Part shown: in pieces, positions 1 to 9,188 of the stretch
Layout of the letters: each line of letters begins with the position of its first letter
Position numbering within the stretch: the first letter of the stretch is position 1
NCBI RefSeq assembly: GCF_000328665.1
Contig: NC_019977.1
Location: 248,001 to 312,000, forward strand
Direction: 5' to 3'
Length of the DNA stretch: 64,000 nt
Source: Methanomethylovorans hollandica DSM 15978
GTDB taxonomy: Archaea; Halobacteriota; Methanosarcinia; Methanosarcinales; Methanosarcinaceae
Made by a program: the position numbers and the translations under genes
Notes under the pieces: generated by a model
The model's database searches: none
Seen by the model: the letters and a program-made list of their open reading frames with translations, nothing else
Told to the model about the DNA's origin: nothing

Positions 1-52
1 TAACACTATACGCCCCCTATATTTTTAAACATGTGCAAGCACAGTGAAAGTA

Positions 53-1807
53 TTACAAAGGCTTTCCTGCAGTTTCTAACTTTCTTTCTCTGTAGATCAT
101 CTCGTAAAGCACATCGTCGATCGTATCAACCGAAGCTCTGACCTGCTGCATGCTATCTCTGTCCCTTATTGTCACTGTATTATCTTCCAGTGTGTCATAG
201 TCGATAGTGACACAATAGGGGGTTCCTATCTCATCATTACGCCTATAGCGGCGACCAATGGTCCCGGAATCGTCATATGCGACCAGAATACCTTTGTCTC
301 TGAGTCTGGCAGCGATCTGCTTTGCAGGTTCTATGAGTTCCTCCTTTGTCATTAAAGGTAGCACTGCCACTTTTATAGGAGCTATTTCTTTCATGAACCT
401 CATAACGATCCTTGCCTCATCTTCGGTATCATCTGTAGTATCTTTGGCAGGGACTATTTCTTCATCATAAGCATGTTCCATCACTGAATAAAGTATCCTG
501 TCAATACCAAATGAAGGCTCTATCACATGTGGAACTATATTCTCTCCGCTGACCTTGATAGTTTCTTGAGCGAACTCAACCATGTCTCTGGGTATTGTGA
601 TTTCTTCTCCGTCCACTAAGACTTTTATCTCTTCTTTTTCGAGTGCTTCCTGTGCAAGGGCTTTAAGGGCTTCAGCAACAACCTTTGCCTTGCCTTTGAA
701 CATAGGTCCCATTTTTCCCATATTTGGTTTGACCACGAACTTTTCCATCATGCGCGGCTGTTCATACTCAATGTAGACAGAAAGCTCCGTTTTACTCATG
801 TTCGCATGGGCTGAAAGATCGTAATCAGTCCTGTCAGCAATGCCTACTACTTCCACCCAGCCAAACCTTTCTGTAAGTATTTCTGCATCCCAGCAGTCGA
901 TGGCATAGTGAGCCATCTCATCTTTCCTGTGTTGTCTGAATCTCAATTTGTCCGGGGCGATGCCAACACGCTGCAGGAAATAGTTGACCAGTGCCACTTG
1001 ATAGGCTAGGAACTCATGTGCAATGCTGCCCTTGTCTACAGCTTCCCTTACGGTCATGATCTCAGATTCGCCTTTGTCCTGAGAGGCATCAGAATATAGG
1101 TTAAGGACCGTATTTTCAAATCTTTGTATGTTGGGATGGGTCTTTGTCCTTGGGTCGATAAATATCTCAGCTTCAGCCTGCGTGAACTCCCGCAGTCTTA
1201 TAACTCCCTGTCTTGGTGATATTTCGTTACGATATGATTTTCCTATCTGGGTTGCACCGAAGGGAAGTTTATCACGGTAATATCTTGCAAGTCTCATGAA
1301 ATCTACAAACATCCCCTGAGCAGTTTCAGGTCTGAGATAACCCTTCCTGCCATTTCCAGGGCCTATCTGGGTCTTAAACATGAGGTTGAAGTCATAGGCA
1401 TTCCCCAGATCTCCTCCGCATTCAGGACATTTAACATTGTTCTGTGCGATGGTTCTGTCCAGTTCTTCATCTGTGAGGCCATCTGCTTCTTCAACTATGT
1501 GCTTTATCAGATGGTCTGCTCTGAACGCTTCTCCACATTGCTTGCACTCGCAAAGGGGGTCTGAAAAACCTCCAACATGACCCGATGCTACAAAGATCTC
1601 TTCAATTCCTACGGTAGGACACTCGATCTCCATGAACCCTTCCTGGATGACGTATAGTTCACGCCAGATATGTTCTATCCTACGTTTTAAGGTGCTTCCC
1701 AGAGGTCCATAATCATAGAATCCGGCAGTTCCTCCGTATAGCTCGAAGGAGTTCCACAGGAATCCACGGCGTTTAGCCAGTTCTATAACCTGTTCGTATC
1801 TATCCAT
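53..1807 (-). CDS. glyS: Glycyl-tRNA synthetase (archaeal/eukaryotic alpha2 type)
   Basis: 584 aa; GFYDYGPLG, YLRPETAQG, RNEISPRQGVIRLREFTQAE, EPSFGIDR class II motifs; anticodon domain IGRRYRRNDEIGTPYCVTID. Confidence 0.97.
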   Translation of the reverse strand: MDRYEQVIELAKRRGFLWNSFELYGGTAGFYDYGPLGSTLKRRIEHIWRELYVIQEGFMEIECPTVGIEEIFVASGHVGGFSDPLCECKQCGEAFRADHLIKHIVEEADGLTDEELDRTIAQNNVKCPECGGDLGNAYDFNLMFKTQIGPGNGRKGYLRPETAQGMFVDFMRLARYYRDKLPFGATQIGKSYRNEISPRQGVIRLREFTQAEAEIFIDPRTKTHPNIQRFENTVLNLYSDASQDKGESEIMTVREAVDKGSIAHEFLAYQVALVNYFLQRVGIAPDKLRFRQHRKDEMAHYAIDCWDAEILTERFGWVEVVGIADRTDYDLSAHANMSKTELSVYIEYEQPRMMEKFVVKPNMGKMGPMFKGKAKVVAEALKALAQEALEKEEIKVLVDGEEITIPRDMVEFAQETIKVSGENIVPHVIEPSFGIDRILYSVMEHAYDEEIVPAKDTTDDTEDEARIVMRFMKEIAPIKVAVLPLMTKEELIEPAKQIAARLRDKGILVAYDDSGTIGRRYRRNDEIGTPYCVTIDYDTLEDNTVTIRDRDSMQQVRASVDTIDDVLYEMIYRERKLETAGKPL

Positions 1808-1984
1808 AATGATCCTCGAAAATGATTTATTAATATGAATGTTATTCTATGATAGAACATCGATATTCCCATTGGATTTAACATTATCGAGGTTTTCAGG
1901 ATTGCTTCCCTTCTTCAAATGTGTTCATAAAATGTAAATAAAATGCCATAATGCTTATATGCGTGACCATATATACAAAGAACT

Positions 1985-2090
1985 AAGCAAGGCCGAAAGA
2001 AGCATTTTCATATCGTACCACCACCAATCATTTCAATGAGTCTTTTAAAAATCGATGGCCTTGCTTTACTCCTCTTATTATACTCCTTTT
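1985..2090 (+). ncRNA. Candidate small RNA (long hairpin with anti-SD-like tracts)
   Basis: Perfect 10-bp inverted repeat AAGCAAGGCC (1985-1994)/GGCCTTGCTT (2057-2066); TATA-like CTTATAT at 1954-1960; pyrimidine tail; no ORF. Confidence 0.4.
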
Positions 2091-2229
2091 CAAATTGTCT
2101 ACTCCATCAAATACATATTCAGAATCTTTATACTGTGCATCTATGCATAAGACCCCCTAGTTTCCACTGGAAAAGAGTATTAACTCAACGTTATCAATAT
2201 ATTGTAAAAAAGTAAAAGTGAAATTGTTT

Positions 2230-3021
2230 TTATTCTCCCAGTACTTCCTCTACTGTCATGCCTTCATGAACAATTTTGGATATATGGGATACAAGTTTTA
2301 CAGGATCTTCTGACTGGAATACATTTCTTCCAATGGCAACTCCACTGCCTCCTGCCTGCAGGGAATCATATATCATTTGAAGCAACTGTCTCTCTGTGTC
2401 CATTTGAGGCCCTCCAGCTATGACAACAGGTACAGGACATCCTTCCACCACTTCTTTGAATGTTTCTATATCTCCAGTATAATTAGTCTTGACAATATCG
2501 GCACCCAGTTCAGCTCCTATACGTGCAGCATGCTTCACGAACTTTACATCATGTTCAGAAGTGACTTTTGGTCCTCTTGGATACATCATGGCAATGAGCG
2601 GTATTCCCCATTCATCGCATGCTTTCGCCACAAAACCAAGATCCTTCAGCATCTGGGCTTCATCGTCCGCACCTACGTTTATATGCACTGAAACAGCATC
2701 TGCACCAATCTTTATTGCTTCTTCTACAGTGGTTACCAATACTTTATGGTTCGGGTCAGGTCCAAGGGATGTAGAGGCAGAAAGGTGAATTATAAGTCCT
2801 ACATCTCTTCCGTAACCTCTGTGTCCATATCTGGGTAGTCCCATATGCCCAAGTACTGCATTAGCTCCACCTTCCGCAACTTTGTTCACAGTGGTAGGGA
2901 GGTCTATAATGCCTTTGATCGGTCCTGCACCCACACCATGGTCCAAGGGTATGATTATAGTCTTCCCGGTGTTACGGTTGAAGATCCTTTCCATCCTTAC
3001 GGATTTACCAATCTCGCTCAT
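2230..3021 (-). CDS. aroA': 2-amino-3,7-dideoxy-D-threo-hept-6-ulosonate synthase / class I (DhnA-type) aldolase, stand-alone paralog
   Basis: [39 protein letters not shown]; very similar to the ORF at 13184-13981. Confidence 0.88.
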   Translation of the reverse strand: MSEIGKSVRMERIFNRNTGKTIIIPLDHGVGAGPIKGIIDLPTTVNKVAEGGANAVLGHMGLPRYGHRGYGRDVGLIIHLSASTSLGPDPNHKVLVTTVEEAIKIGADAVSVHINVGADDEAQMLKDLGFVAKACDEWGIPLIAMMYPRGPKVTSEHDVKFVKHAARIGAELGADIVKTNYTGDIETFKEVVEGCPVPVVIAGGPQMDTERQLLQMIYDSLQAGGSGVAIGRNVFQSEDPVKLVSHISKIVHEGMTVEEVLGE

Positions 3022-3073
3022 AAATTGCTATAACTGATTGAACATACATATTCTTTACGTCGCAATTATGTGC

Positions 3074-3595
3074 TCAGATGTTCTCATGCTGGTATTGGCC
3101 TTTATATCCTTCTTCCACTTCTGCATGCAGTTTATAGAACAGCAGTTGTATGATACGTGCATTCTTGCGCAGGTTGAAACCTTCTGGGTTTTGCACCACT
3201 AGCATGGATTCACTTCTTCCTCTGTAGCCGGAGTCCCATACCGCAGTACCTATATTCACTCCACATCTGAGCATTGTAGACCGTGGTCTTGCTATAGCAG
3301 CCAGGTCATTGGGTATGTTCAAGATCTCATTGAATACCACTTTGTAAGTTCCGGGCGGAAGAAAAATCCAGCCATCATCATCGAATTCCAGAGGTTTGCT
3401 CAAGGGGATTTTCCTGCCGGAATTATCGAAATCAATGGCTCCTGCCCCTTCCATTACTTCAACACGTTGTAATGTCATCTCCACACTATTGGGCTGGAGC
3501 TGCATCTCCATATCTATCATGTTCTCCATTAGTGGCAATAGCAGTGGTTTTGCAAGTATTCTCTCTCTTAGTTCTTTCCTGGATAGAAGGGTCAT
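3074..3595 (-). CDS. dut: Archaeal dUTPase (dCTP deaminase/dUTPase family)
   Basis: QLQPNSVE, ARPRSTMLRCG, TAVWDSGYRG, YKGQYQ motifs; ATG at 3595 preferred as start. Confidence 0.8.
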   Translation of the reverse strand: MTLLSRKELRERILAKPLLLPLMENMIDMEMQLQPNSVEMTLQRVEVMEGAGAIDFDNSGRKIPLSKPLEFDDDGWIFLPPGTYKVVFNEILNIPNDLAAIARPRSTMLRCGVNIGTAVWDSGYRGRSESMLVVQNPEGFNLRKNARIIQLLFYKLHAEVEEGYKGQYQHENI

Positions 3596-3685
3596 GAAGC
3601 ACAATTAGTGTATTAGGTTATTAGAATACCGATTTAACTTGAATATGGAAGTGCTCTATTATAATGTACGGACATGAGGCAGGAT

Positions 3686-3724
3686 GCCTGCAATAAGGTC
3701 AGTTCACCGCTGACCTTTGCAGGT
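3686..3724. repeat. Strong intergenic hairpin (inverted repeat)
   Basis: GCCTGCAATAAGGTCAG-ttcaccg-CTGACCTTTGCAGGT, ~15-bp stem with one bulge. Confidence 0.6.
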
Positions 3725-3878
3725 GCTACATTTGTTTCACAGAATTTAAATAGTACTTAATTAAAGTCTTACTATTTATTTCACAATAATAAGCTCAAGC
3801 TTTTAAAACGCATCTAATACACTTTATGATGTTTTTAAGAGATAGTGTGTGAAAACAATGATAACGAGGTAACAAAAT

Positions 3879-4715
3879 GTGGGGGCGATAGATTTGAAAA
3901 TTAAAGTTGTTTTAATAACAACGCTGATGGTGTTATTATTTACAAATCTTGCATGTGCAAGTTTTATTGCAATATACGATAACTCACAAGTCGGAACTTG
4001 GGTAGTTGAAACAGTTGGTTCGTCAGCCGGAGCTGAAGTTATCGGTTTCGGCTGGTCAGGTGCTGAACCAATTGTTGGTGACTGGGATGGCGATGGATCT
4101 AAAGAAGTAGGGGTTTATAACCGTGCAGGTAATAATTTTTTAATTCGTTATCCAGATAGTTCATACGAGGTCATTGGTCTTGGCTGGTCAGGTGTAACGC
4201 CTGTTGTTGGAGATTTTGACGGTGACGGGAATGAAGACGTTGGAGTTTATGACAATAAAGGAACATGGGCATTCGATATAACCACATGTGTTCGTATTGT
4301 GGGTTTTGGTTGGTCAGGTGTTGAGCCTGTGGTAGGTGACTGGAATGGTGATGGCGCTGATGAAGTAGGTATCTATAACCGCCCGGGTAATAATTTCCTT
4401 GTACCTCAGGGTAACAATTTCCGGGTCATAGGTCTTGGCTGGCCAGGTGTCATACCGATCGTAGGTAACTGGGATTCTAACCCCAACGATGAGGTTGGTG
4501 TCTATGATCCACAAACCAGTGCATTTGCATTGGAAGGGCAAAATCCATTTGTATTTGGCAAACCCGGTTCTCAGCCGATCATAGGTGATGTAGATTCTGA
4601 TGGCATTACAGAAATTGGTGTATGTAATCCAGATGGTACCATTGTCTATAATAGTGCTGAACAATATAGTATTGAAGTACAGAAGTGGAGAGGTTCGACA
4701 TTAATAGGAGCTTAA
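3879..4715 (+). CDS. Secreted protein with FG-GAP/VCBS-like Ca-binding repeats
   Basis: Hydrophobic signal peptide ending ACA-S; five repeats of G(F/L)GWSGxxPxVGDWDGDGxxEVGVY. Confidence 0.75.
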   Translation: MGAIDLKIKVVLITTLMVLLFTNLACASFIAIYDNSQVGTWVVETVGSSAGAEVIGFGWSGAEPIVGDWDGDGSKEVGVYNRAGNNFLIRYPDSSYEVIGLGWSGVTPVVGDFDGDGNEDVGVYDNKGTWAFDITTCVRIVGFGWSGVEPVVGDWNGDGADEVGIYNRPGNNFLVPQGNNFRVIGLGWPGVIPIVGNWDSNPNDEVGVYDPQTSAFALEGQNPFVFGKPGSQPIIGDVDSDGITEIGVCNPDGTIVYNSAEQYSIEVQKWRGSTLIGA

Positions 4716-4858
4716 TTCCTATTAAGATTTTTATAAAAATATCTTCCTTCTGTTAAATCCTTTTTTAAAAATAAAGCGCTTGAATCAAGAGTTGAGTCCT
4801 TAGAAAAACAGCTCAAGCTCTTACAAAAATCAGCATCAGGAAACTCAGAATCTTTAAG

Positions 4859-4932
4859 TGGGCCCGGGGAGGTTCGAACTCCCGACCTCCGCCGTGTGAA
4901 GGCGACGTCATGACCAGCTAGACCACAGGCCC
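4859..4932 (-). tRNA. tRNA-Val (CAC)
   Basis: Reverse complement GGGCCTGTGGTCTAGCTGGTCATGACGTCGCCTT-CAC-ACGGCGGAGGTCGGGAGTTCGAACCTCCCCGGGCCCA folds as a cloverleaf. Confidence 0.95.
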
Positions 4933-5028
4933 TTTGAGCAGGATAGAATAGTATTCCTTCTCTATAAGCCTATCGCTGCAACGTTAGATCACATTTTATG
5001 GGCACGTATCTGTAGGTGAAAAATCCTG

Positions 5029-5175
5029 TCAGTATGGCCCGGCTATTATCGTGAAAAGTACCAGGTTATTGGGTATCACTGCATACACACCTACAGCTAT
5101 CAATGTGCAGGTAGCCACAGCTACAGGGATCATAAGTGAGTGTTTTCTGATCTGTTGCTCTCTTTGGTCTGTCAT
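5029..5175 (-). CDS. Putative 48-aa small membrane protein (possibly frameshifted)
   Basis: MTDQREQQIRKHSLMIPVAVATCTLIAVGVYAVIPNNLVLFTIIAGPY*; TTTATATA box ~20-30 nt upstream; below the ORF-track cutoff. Confidence 0.4.
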   Translation of the reverse strand: MTDQREQQIRKHSLMIPVAVATCTLIAVGVYAVIPNNLVLFTIIAGPY

Positions 5176-5266
5176 CAGTCTACATTCTTTTATTAATATA
5201 TAAAAGCCGATTAACTATACGTACTTTATCAATATACTTATACGTAATGCCTACTCAAATGCAGTT

Positions 5267-5734
5267 TCAGGACAGTCCAAGAGCCATGTAGGCAACTGCA
5301 ATATATCTTAGAAGCTTTCCAAAGAACACAAAAACAGAGAAGGTCTTAAAATCAAACTTCATAATGCCACCCATAGCTGTGATGGCATCGCCTATTAACG
5401 GCACCCAGGTGAAGAGCAGGGAATACACACCATACTTAGTGAACCATTTCTCGGCATTTTTCAGACGCTGCTGCGGGATCGACAGGTATTTTTCAATAAG
5501 GTCTTTGCGCCCAACCAGGCCGATGTAATATGTGGTGCATGCACCGCAATAGTTACCCACGGATGCGACCATGACCGCCAATACGGGATCAAATCCTTTA
5601 TTTATAAGTAACAAAAGCAGCGCTTCGGAGCCGAATGGCAATACTGTGGAAGCCAGAAAACTTGCCACGAAAAGGCCTGCATATCCGTAAACAGCAAGAT
5701 CTAGAACTCCGGTCATTGCATCCAATTGGACCAT
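5267..5734 (-). CDS. YqaA/DedA (VTT domain) membrane protein
   Basis: FLASTVLPFGSE, ASVGNYCG, LLFTWVPLIGD, GKLLRY motifs. Confidence 0.88.
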   Translation of the reverse strand: MVQLDAMTGVLDLAVYGYAGLFVASFLASTVLPFGSEALLLLLINKGFDPVLAVMVASVGNYCGACTTYYIGLVGRKDLIEKYLSIPQQRLKNAEKWFTKYGVYSLLFTWVPLIGDAITAMGGIMKFDFKTFSVFVFFGKLLRYIAVAYMALGLS

Positions 5735-5894
5735 TTAGCATAAAAATCAGGCGCATCTCTGCAATTCTCACAGGGCACACAAATATTAATGGATGTAAGT
5801 GTAAAGAATACCAGTTCTCATATCCATCTCAAGTTAAGTTTACAGTTGATAATGTTCAAAAAGGCTTAAGTCAGCATAGGTGCAATCTGTTCCC

Positions 5895-6521
5895 ATGCTT
5901 GCTTCTGAAATTATATCGCGTTTGAGGAACATATATACTCCGGGTTTTTTCGATCGGATCGATGATCCTTTCTATGTGCTGATCTCCACAGTGCTGTCAC
6001 AGCGCACTAGGGATGATGTTACCATTCCCACCACAGAGAAACTGTTCAGGGTTTATGGTTCCCCGGCGGCTATGGCAGCAGCTGATCCTGAGGACCTCGA
6101 AAAACTGATAAAAGATGTGGGGTTCTATAGGGTCAAGTCCGGGCGTATCATAGAGATATCGAGGATACTGCTTCAGGAATATGAGGGTAAAGTGCCGGAT
6201 AATATCAATGATCTTCTTAAACTGCCGGGAGTGGGTAGAAAAACCGCTAACTGCGTGCTCACGTACGCCTTTCGAAAGGATGCTATTGCAGTGGATACTC
6301 ATGTGCACAGGATCTCCAATCGGCTTTGTTTGGTTACAACAAACGCTCCTGAGGAAACAGAGGTTGAACTTGAACGCGTGGTTCCCAGAGAACTGTGGCA
6401 GTACGTCAATGAACTGCTGGTGAGGTTCGGCCAGGATGTATGCCGGCCGATTTCTCCGAAATGTGATATTTGTGTGCTGGAAGACCTGTGTCCGTCCAGA
6501 ATGATGCGGGTTATAAAATGA
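5895..6521 (+). CDS. nth: Endonuclease III
   Basis: LSQRTRD, Hh[27 protein letters not shown]-terminal 4Fe-4[18 protein letters not shown]. Confidence 0.95.
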   Translation: MLASEIISRLRNIYTPGFFDRIDDPFYVLISTVLSQRTRDDVTIPTTEKLFRVYGSPAAMAAADPEDLEKLIKDVGFYRVKSGRIIEISRILLQEYEGKVPDNINDLLKLPGVGRKTANCVLTYAFRKDAIAVDTHVHRISNRLCLVTTNAPEETEVELERVVPRELWQYVNELLVRFGQDVCRPISPKCDICVLEDLCPSRMMRVIK

Positions 6522-6605
6522 AACCAAATGCTACTGGTGAATTCTGCCAATATCTTTTAACTTTCCTGGACACCCTTGAAAGATGAGTATATGAAATATC
6601 TGATC

Positions 6606-6681
6606 AACGCAAGGACGCAGAGACGCTAAGGCACAAAGTAGAATTTATCTCTGCATCTTCGCGTCCTTTCTCCTTTACGTT
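6606..6681. repeat. Degenerate palindromic intergenic element (ACGCAAGGACGCAGAG...CTCTGC..GCGTCCTT)
   Basis: Imperfect inverted repeat with internally repeated GACGCA units. Confidence 0.45.
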
Positions 6682-6843
6682 TTATCTCTCTTTTCTGTAA
6701 TTAATATATTAAAAGCAATACTTTTCCCGACTTACCCCATCGCAAACATAATATAAAATGCGTCAGTTTCCATCACTGATTTATATAAAGTCGCATATGA
6801 AGAGTATATATAGTCTTTATTGATGCAATTTTGTAGGTGAAGT

Positions 6844-8040
6844 ATGTTACTAGTCGGAGAAGCGCTCATAGGCGAGGAACCAGAACTCGCACACGTAGAT
6901 CTTATCATTGGTGATAAGAATGGTCCTGTAGGACTTGCCTTTGCAAACGGACTTACCCAGCTGTCCGTCGGACACACCCCTCTTTTGTCAGTTATCCGTC
7001 CCAATCTACCAGCCAAACCTTCTACGCTCATTGTCCCTAAAGTTACTGTAAAGAACATGGGACAGGCAGCCCAGATATTCGGTCCTGCCCAGGCAGCCGT
7101 GGCAAAGGCTGTTGCAGATTCCGTTGAAGAAGGCGTCATCGACAAAAAGGACGTGGAAGACCTTGTGGTTATAGCCAGCGTGTTCATACACCCTGAGGCA
7201 AAGGACTACAACAGGATCTACAGGTACAACTATGGTGCCACCAAGCTGGCTCTTAAGAGGGCAATGGAAGGCTTTCCAAGTGTGGAGACCGTTATGAAAG
7301 AGAAGGACAGGGCTGCTCATGGTATCATGGGATTCAAGGTCACAAGACTGTGGGATGCTCCATACCTGCAGGTTGCTCTTGACAACCCCAACATCGCAGC
7401 CATCCGCAGTATCGTCGCCCAGATACCCAAGAGCGATCACGTGATACTGGAAGCCGGCACACCGCTCATAAAACGGTACGGCGTGGATGTCATTTCCCAG
7501 CTGCGTGAGGTCAGACCTGACGCATTCATAGTAGCAGACCTCAAGACTCTGGATACAGGCAACCTCGAAGCCCGCATGGTCGCAGATGCAACAGCAGATG
7601 CCATTGTGATCTCAGCCCTTGCACCAGTGTCCACTCTCCAGAAAGCCATTGAAGAGGCGCACAAGACAGGTATATATGCTGTAATGGACACCCTCAACTG
7701 TTCTGATCCGGTAGCAGTGCTCAACGAGCTCAAGAAAATTGGATCACTACCCGATGTTGTGGAACTGCATCGTGGTATCGATATAGAGGAAACGGAACAC
7801 GCATGGGGTAACATTGCAGATATTAAGGCTTTCTCTACCGAATCTCACAAGGTACTGGTGGCAGTGGCAGGCGGTATACGCATAGACACCATGCCAGTAG
7901 CTCTGGAAGCAGGAGCCGATATCCTTGTGGTAGGCCGTGCCATCACCAACGCCAAGGATGTAAGGCAGGTAGCAGAGAAATTCATAGAAGGCATTAACAA
8001 ATCAGAGATCGACCAGTTCAGGGTCATGACAGATTTCTGA
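6844..8040 (+). CDS. fae-hps: Bifunctional formaldehyde-activating enzyme / 3-hexulose-6-phosphate synthase
   Basis: N-terminal Fae ([36 protein letters not shown]) plus HPS ([23 protein letters not shown]). Confidence 0.95.
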   Translation: MLLVGEALIGEEPELAHVDLIIGDKNGPVGLAFANGLTQLSVGHTPLLSVIRPNLPAKPSTLIVPKVTVKNMGQAAQIFGPAQAAVAKAVADSVEEGVIDKKDVEDLVVIASVFIHPEAKDYNRIYRYNYGATKLALKRAMEGFPSVETVMKEKDRAAHGIMGFKVTRLWDAPYLQVALDNPNIAAIRSIVAQIPKSDHVILEAGTPLIKRYGVDVISQLREVRPDAFIVADLKTLDTGNLEARMVADATADAIVISALAPVSTLQKAIEEAHKTGIYAVMDTLNCSDPVAVLNELKKIGSLPDVVELHRGIDIEETEHAWGNIADIKAFSTESHKVLVAVAGGIRIDTMPVALEAGADILVVGRAITNAKDVRQVAEKFIEGINKSEIDQFRVMTDF

Positions 8041-8066
8041 GCGTGTGCATTGCACACGCCTTTTTC
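8041..8066 (+). terminator. Hairpin plus U-tract between fae-hps and tpiA
   Basis: GCGTGTGC-ATT-GCACACGC followed by CTTTTTC directly after the fae-hps stop. Confidence 0.55.
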
Positions 8067-8079
8067 AGGAGGGGTTAAA

Positions 8080-8748
8080 ATCAGCTCAATTTTGATAGTG
8101 TTGAATCTGAAGACATATCTTGAAGGCACGGGTGAGAACTCAGTAAGGATCGCACAGGCATGTAAGGATGTTGCAGACGATTCGGGCATTGACATTGCAG
8201 TTGCTCCGCAGTTCTGCGACATCTATAGGGTGGCTTCCCAGGTGGACATACCTGTATATTCACAGCACCTTGACAGCGTAGGTGCAGGCAGCTTTACAGG
8301 CCATGCCTTCTCTAGATGTATTAAGGATGCCGGAGCAGTCGGCACTCTCATTAACCACTCCGAAAGACGGCTCACGCTTGCTGAGATCGATGCTTCCGTG
8401 CAGGCCGCAAAGAAATCAGGTCTTGCCACAATTGTCTGCACGAACAACGTGCCCACATCCGCTGCCGCAGCTGCCCTGTCTCCGGATTACGTTGCTGTGG
8501 AACCCCCGGAGCTCATCGGTTCAGGTATCCCGGTATCCAAGGCAGATCCAGCAGTTGTCACAGGTTCCGTGGAAGCTATCCTGAAGGTGAACCCTGCAGT
8601 AAAAGTGCTCTGCGGAGCTGGCATTTCCAAAGGTGAGGACCTTGCAGCAGCCCTTGAACTTGGTTCAGTGGGTGTGCTGCTGGCTTCAGGCATAGTGAAA
8701 GCCGCAAGCCCAAAGGCAGCTCTTGAAGATCTTGTAAGCAAGATCTGA
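8080..8748 (+). CDS. tpiA: Triosephosphate isomerase (probable ATC start)
   Basis: LNLKTY, NHSERR, AVEPPELIGSG, CGAGIS, GVLLASG; GGAGGGG at 8068-8074 precedes in-frame ATC 8080. Confidence 0.93.
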   Translation: MSSILIVLNLKTYLEGTGENSVRIAQACKDVADDSGIDIAVAPQFCDIYRVASQVDIPVYSQHLDSVGAGSFTGHAFSRCIKDAGAVGTLINHSERRLTLAEIDASVQAAKKSGLATIVCTNNVPTSAAAAALSPDYVAVEPPELIGSGIPVSKADPAVVTGSVEAILKVNPAVKVLCGAGISKGEDLAAALELGSVGVLLASGIVKAASPKAALEDLVSKI

Positions 8749-8784
8749 TGTTATTTTTATTTTATTTTTGCCTTATTTTTATTG

Positions 8785-9093
8785 TCAGGGCAGGAAAAAC
8801 CAGCTAATGAACAGCATTATAATAGCTATGCCTATGCGCTTGTGCATGGGTATGTTGATCCCAAAACTGTTGCGCAACATCTCAGAGATGCCAACAGGCG
8901 GTGGAGCTATCATAATTGCCGCCAGGAACAAGGGAATACCTGCAAGCAGGTTCCTTGCTACAAGTATAAGATAGAGGCCCTGCAGTCCAAGATATATTCC
9001 AAAGGCAGATAAGAAGAACAAGCCACCTTTCTGGAATCGCAGGCGCTGGTCAGGGGCCATTTGCATTTTGTCAACAAAACCATTTGTTTTCAT
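8785..9093 (-). CDS. Hypothetical membrane protein
   Basis: 102 aa with about three hydrophobic segments; CCGGTGA SD-like site upstream. Confidence 0.6.
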   Translation of the reverse strand: MKTNGFVDKMQMAPDQRLRFQKGGLFFLSAFGIYLGLQGLYLILVARNLLAGIPLFLAAIMIAPPPVGISEMLRNSFGINIPMHKRIGIAIIMLFISWFFLP

Positions 9094-9188
9094 ATTTTCA
9101 CCGGATACTTCCTATGGTGATTGAACTCTCCTGCATATAACAGTAAGCCTTGTGAATATGACAATGCCATGATCAGGCAGCTTTGTGG

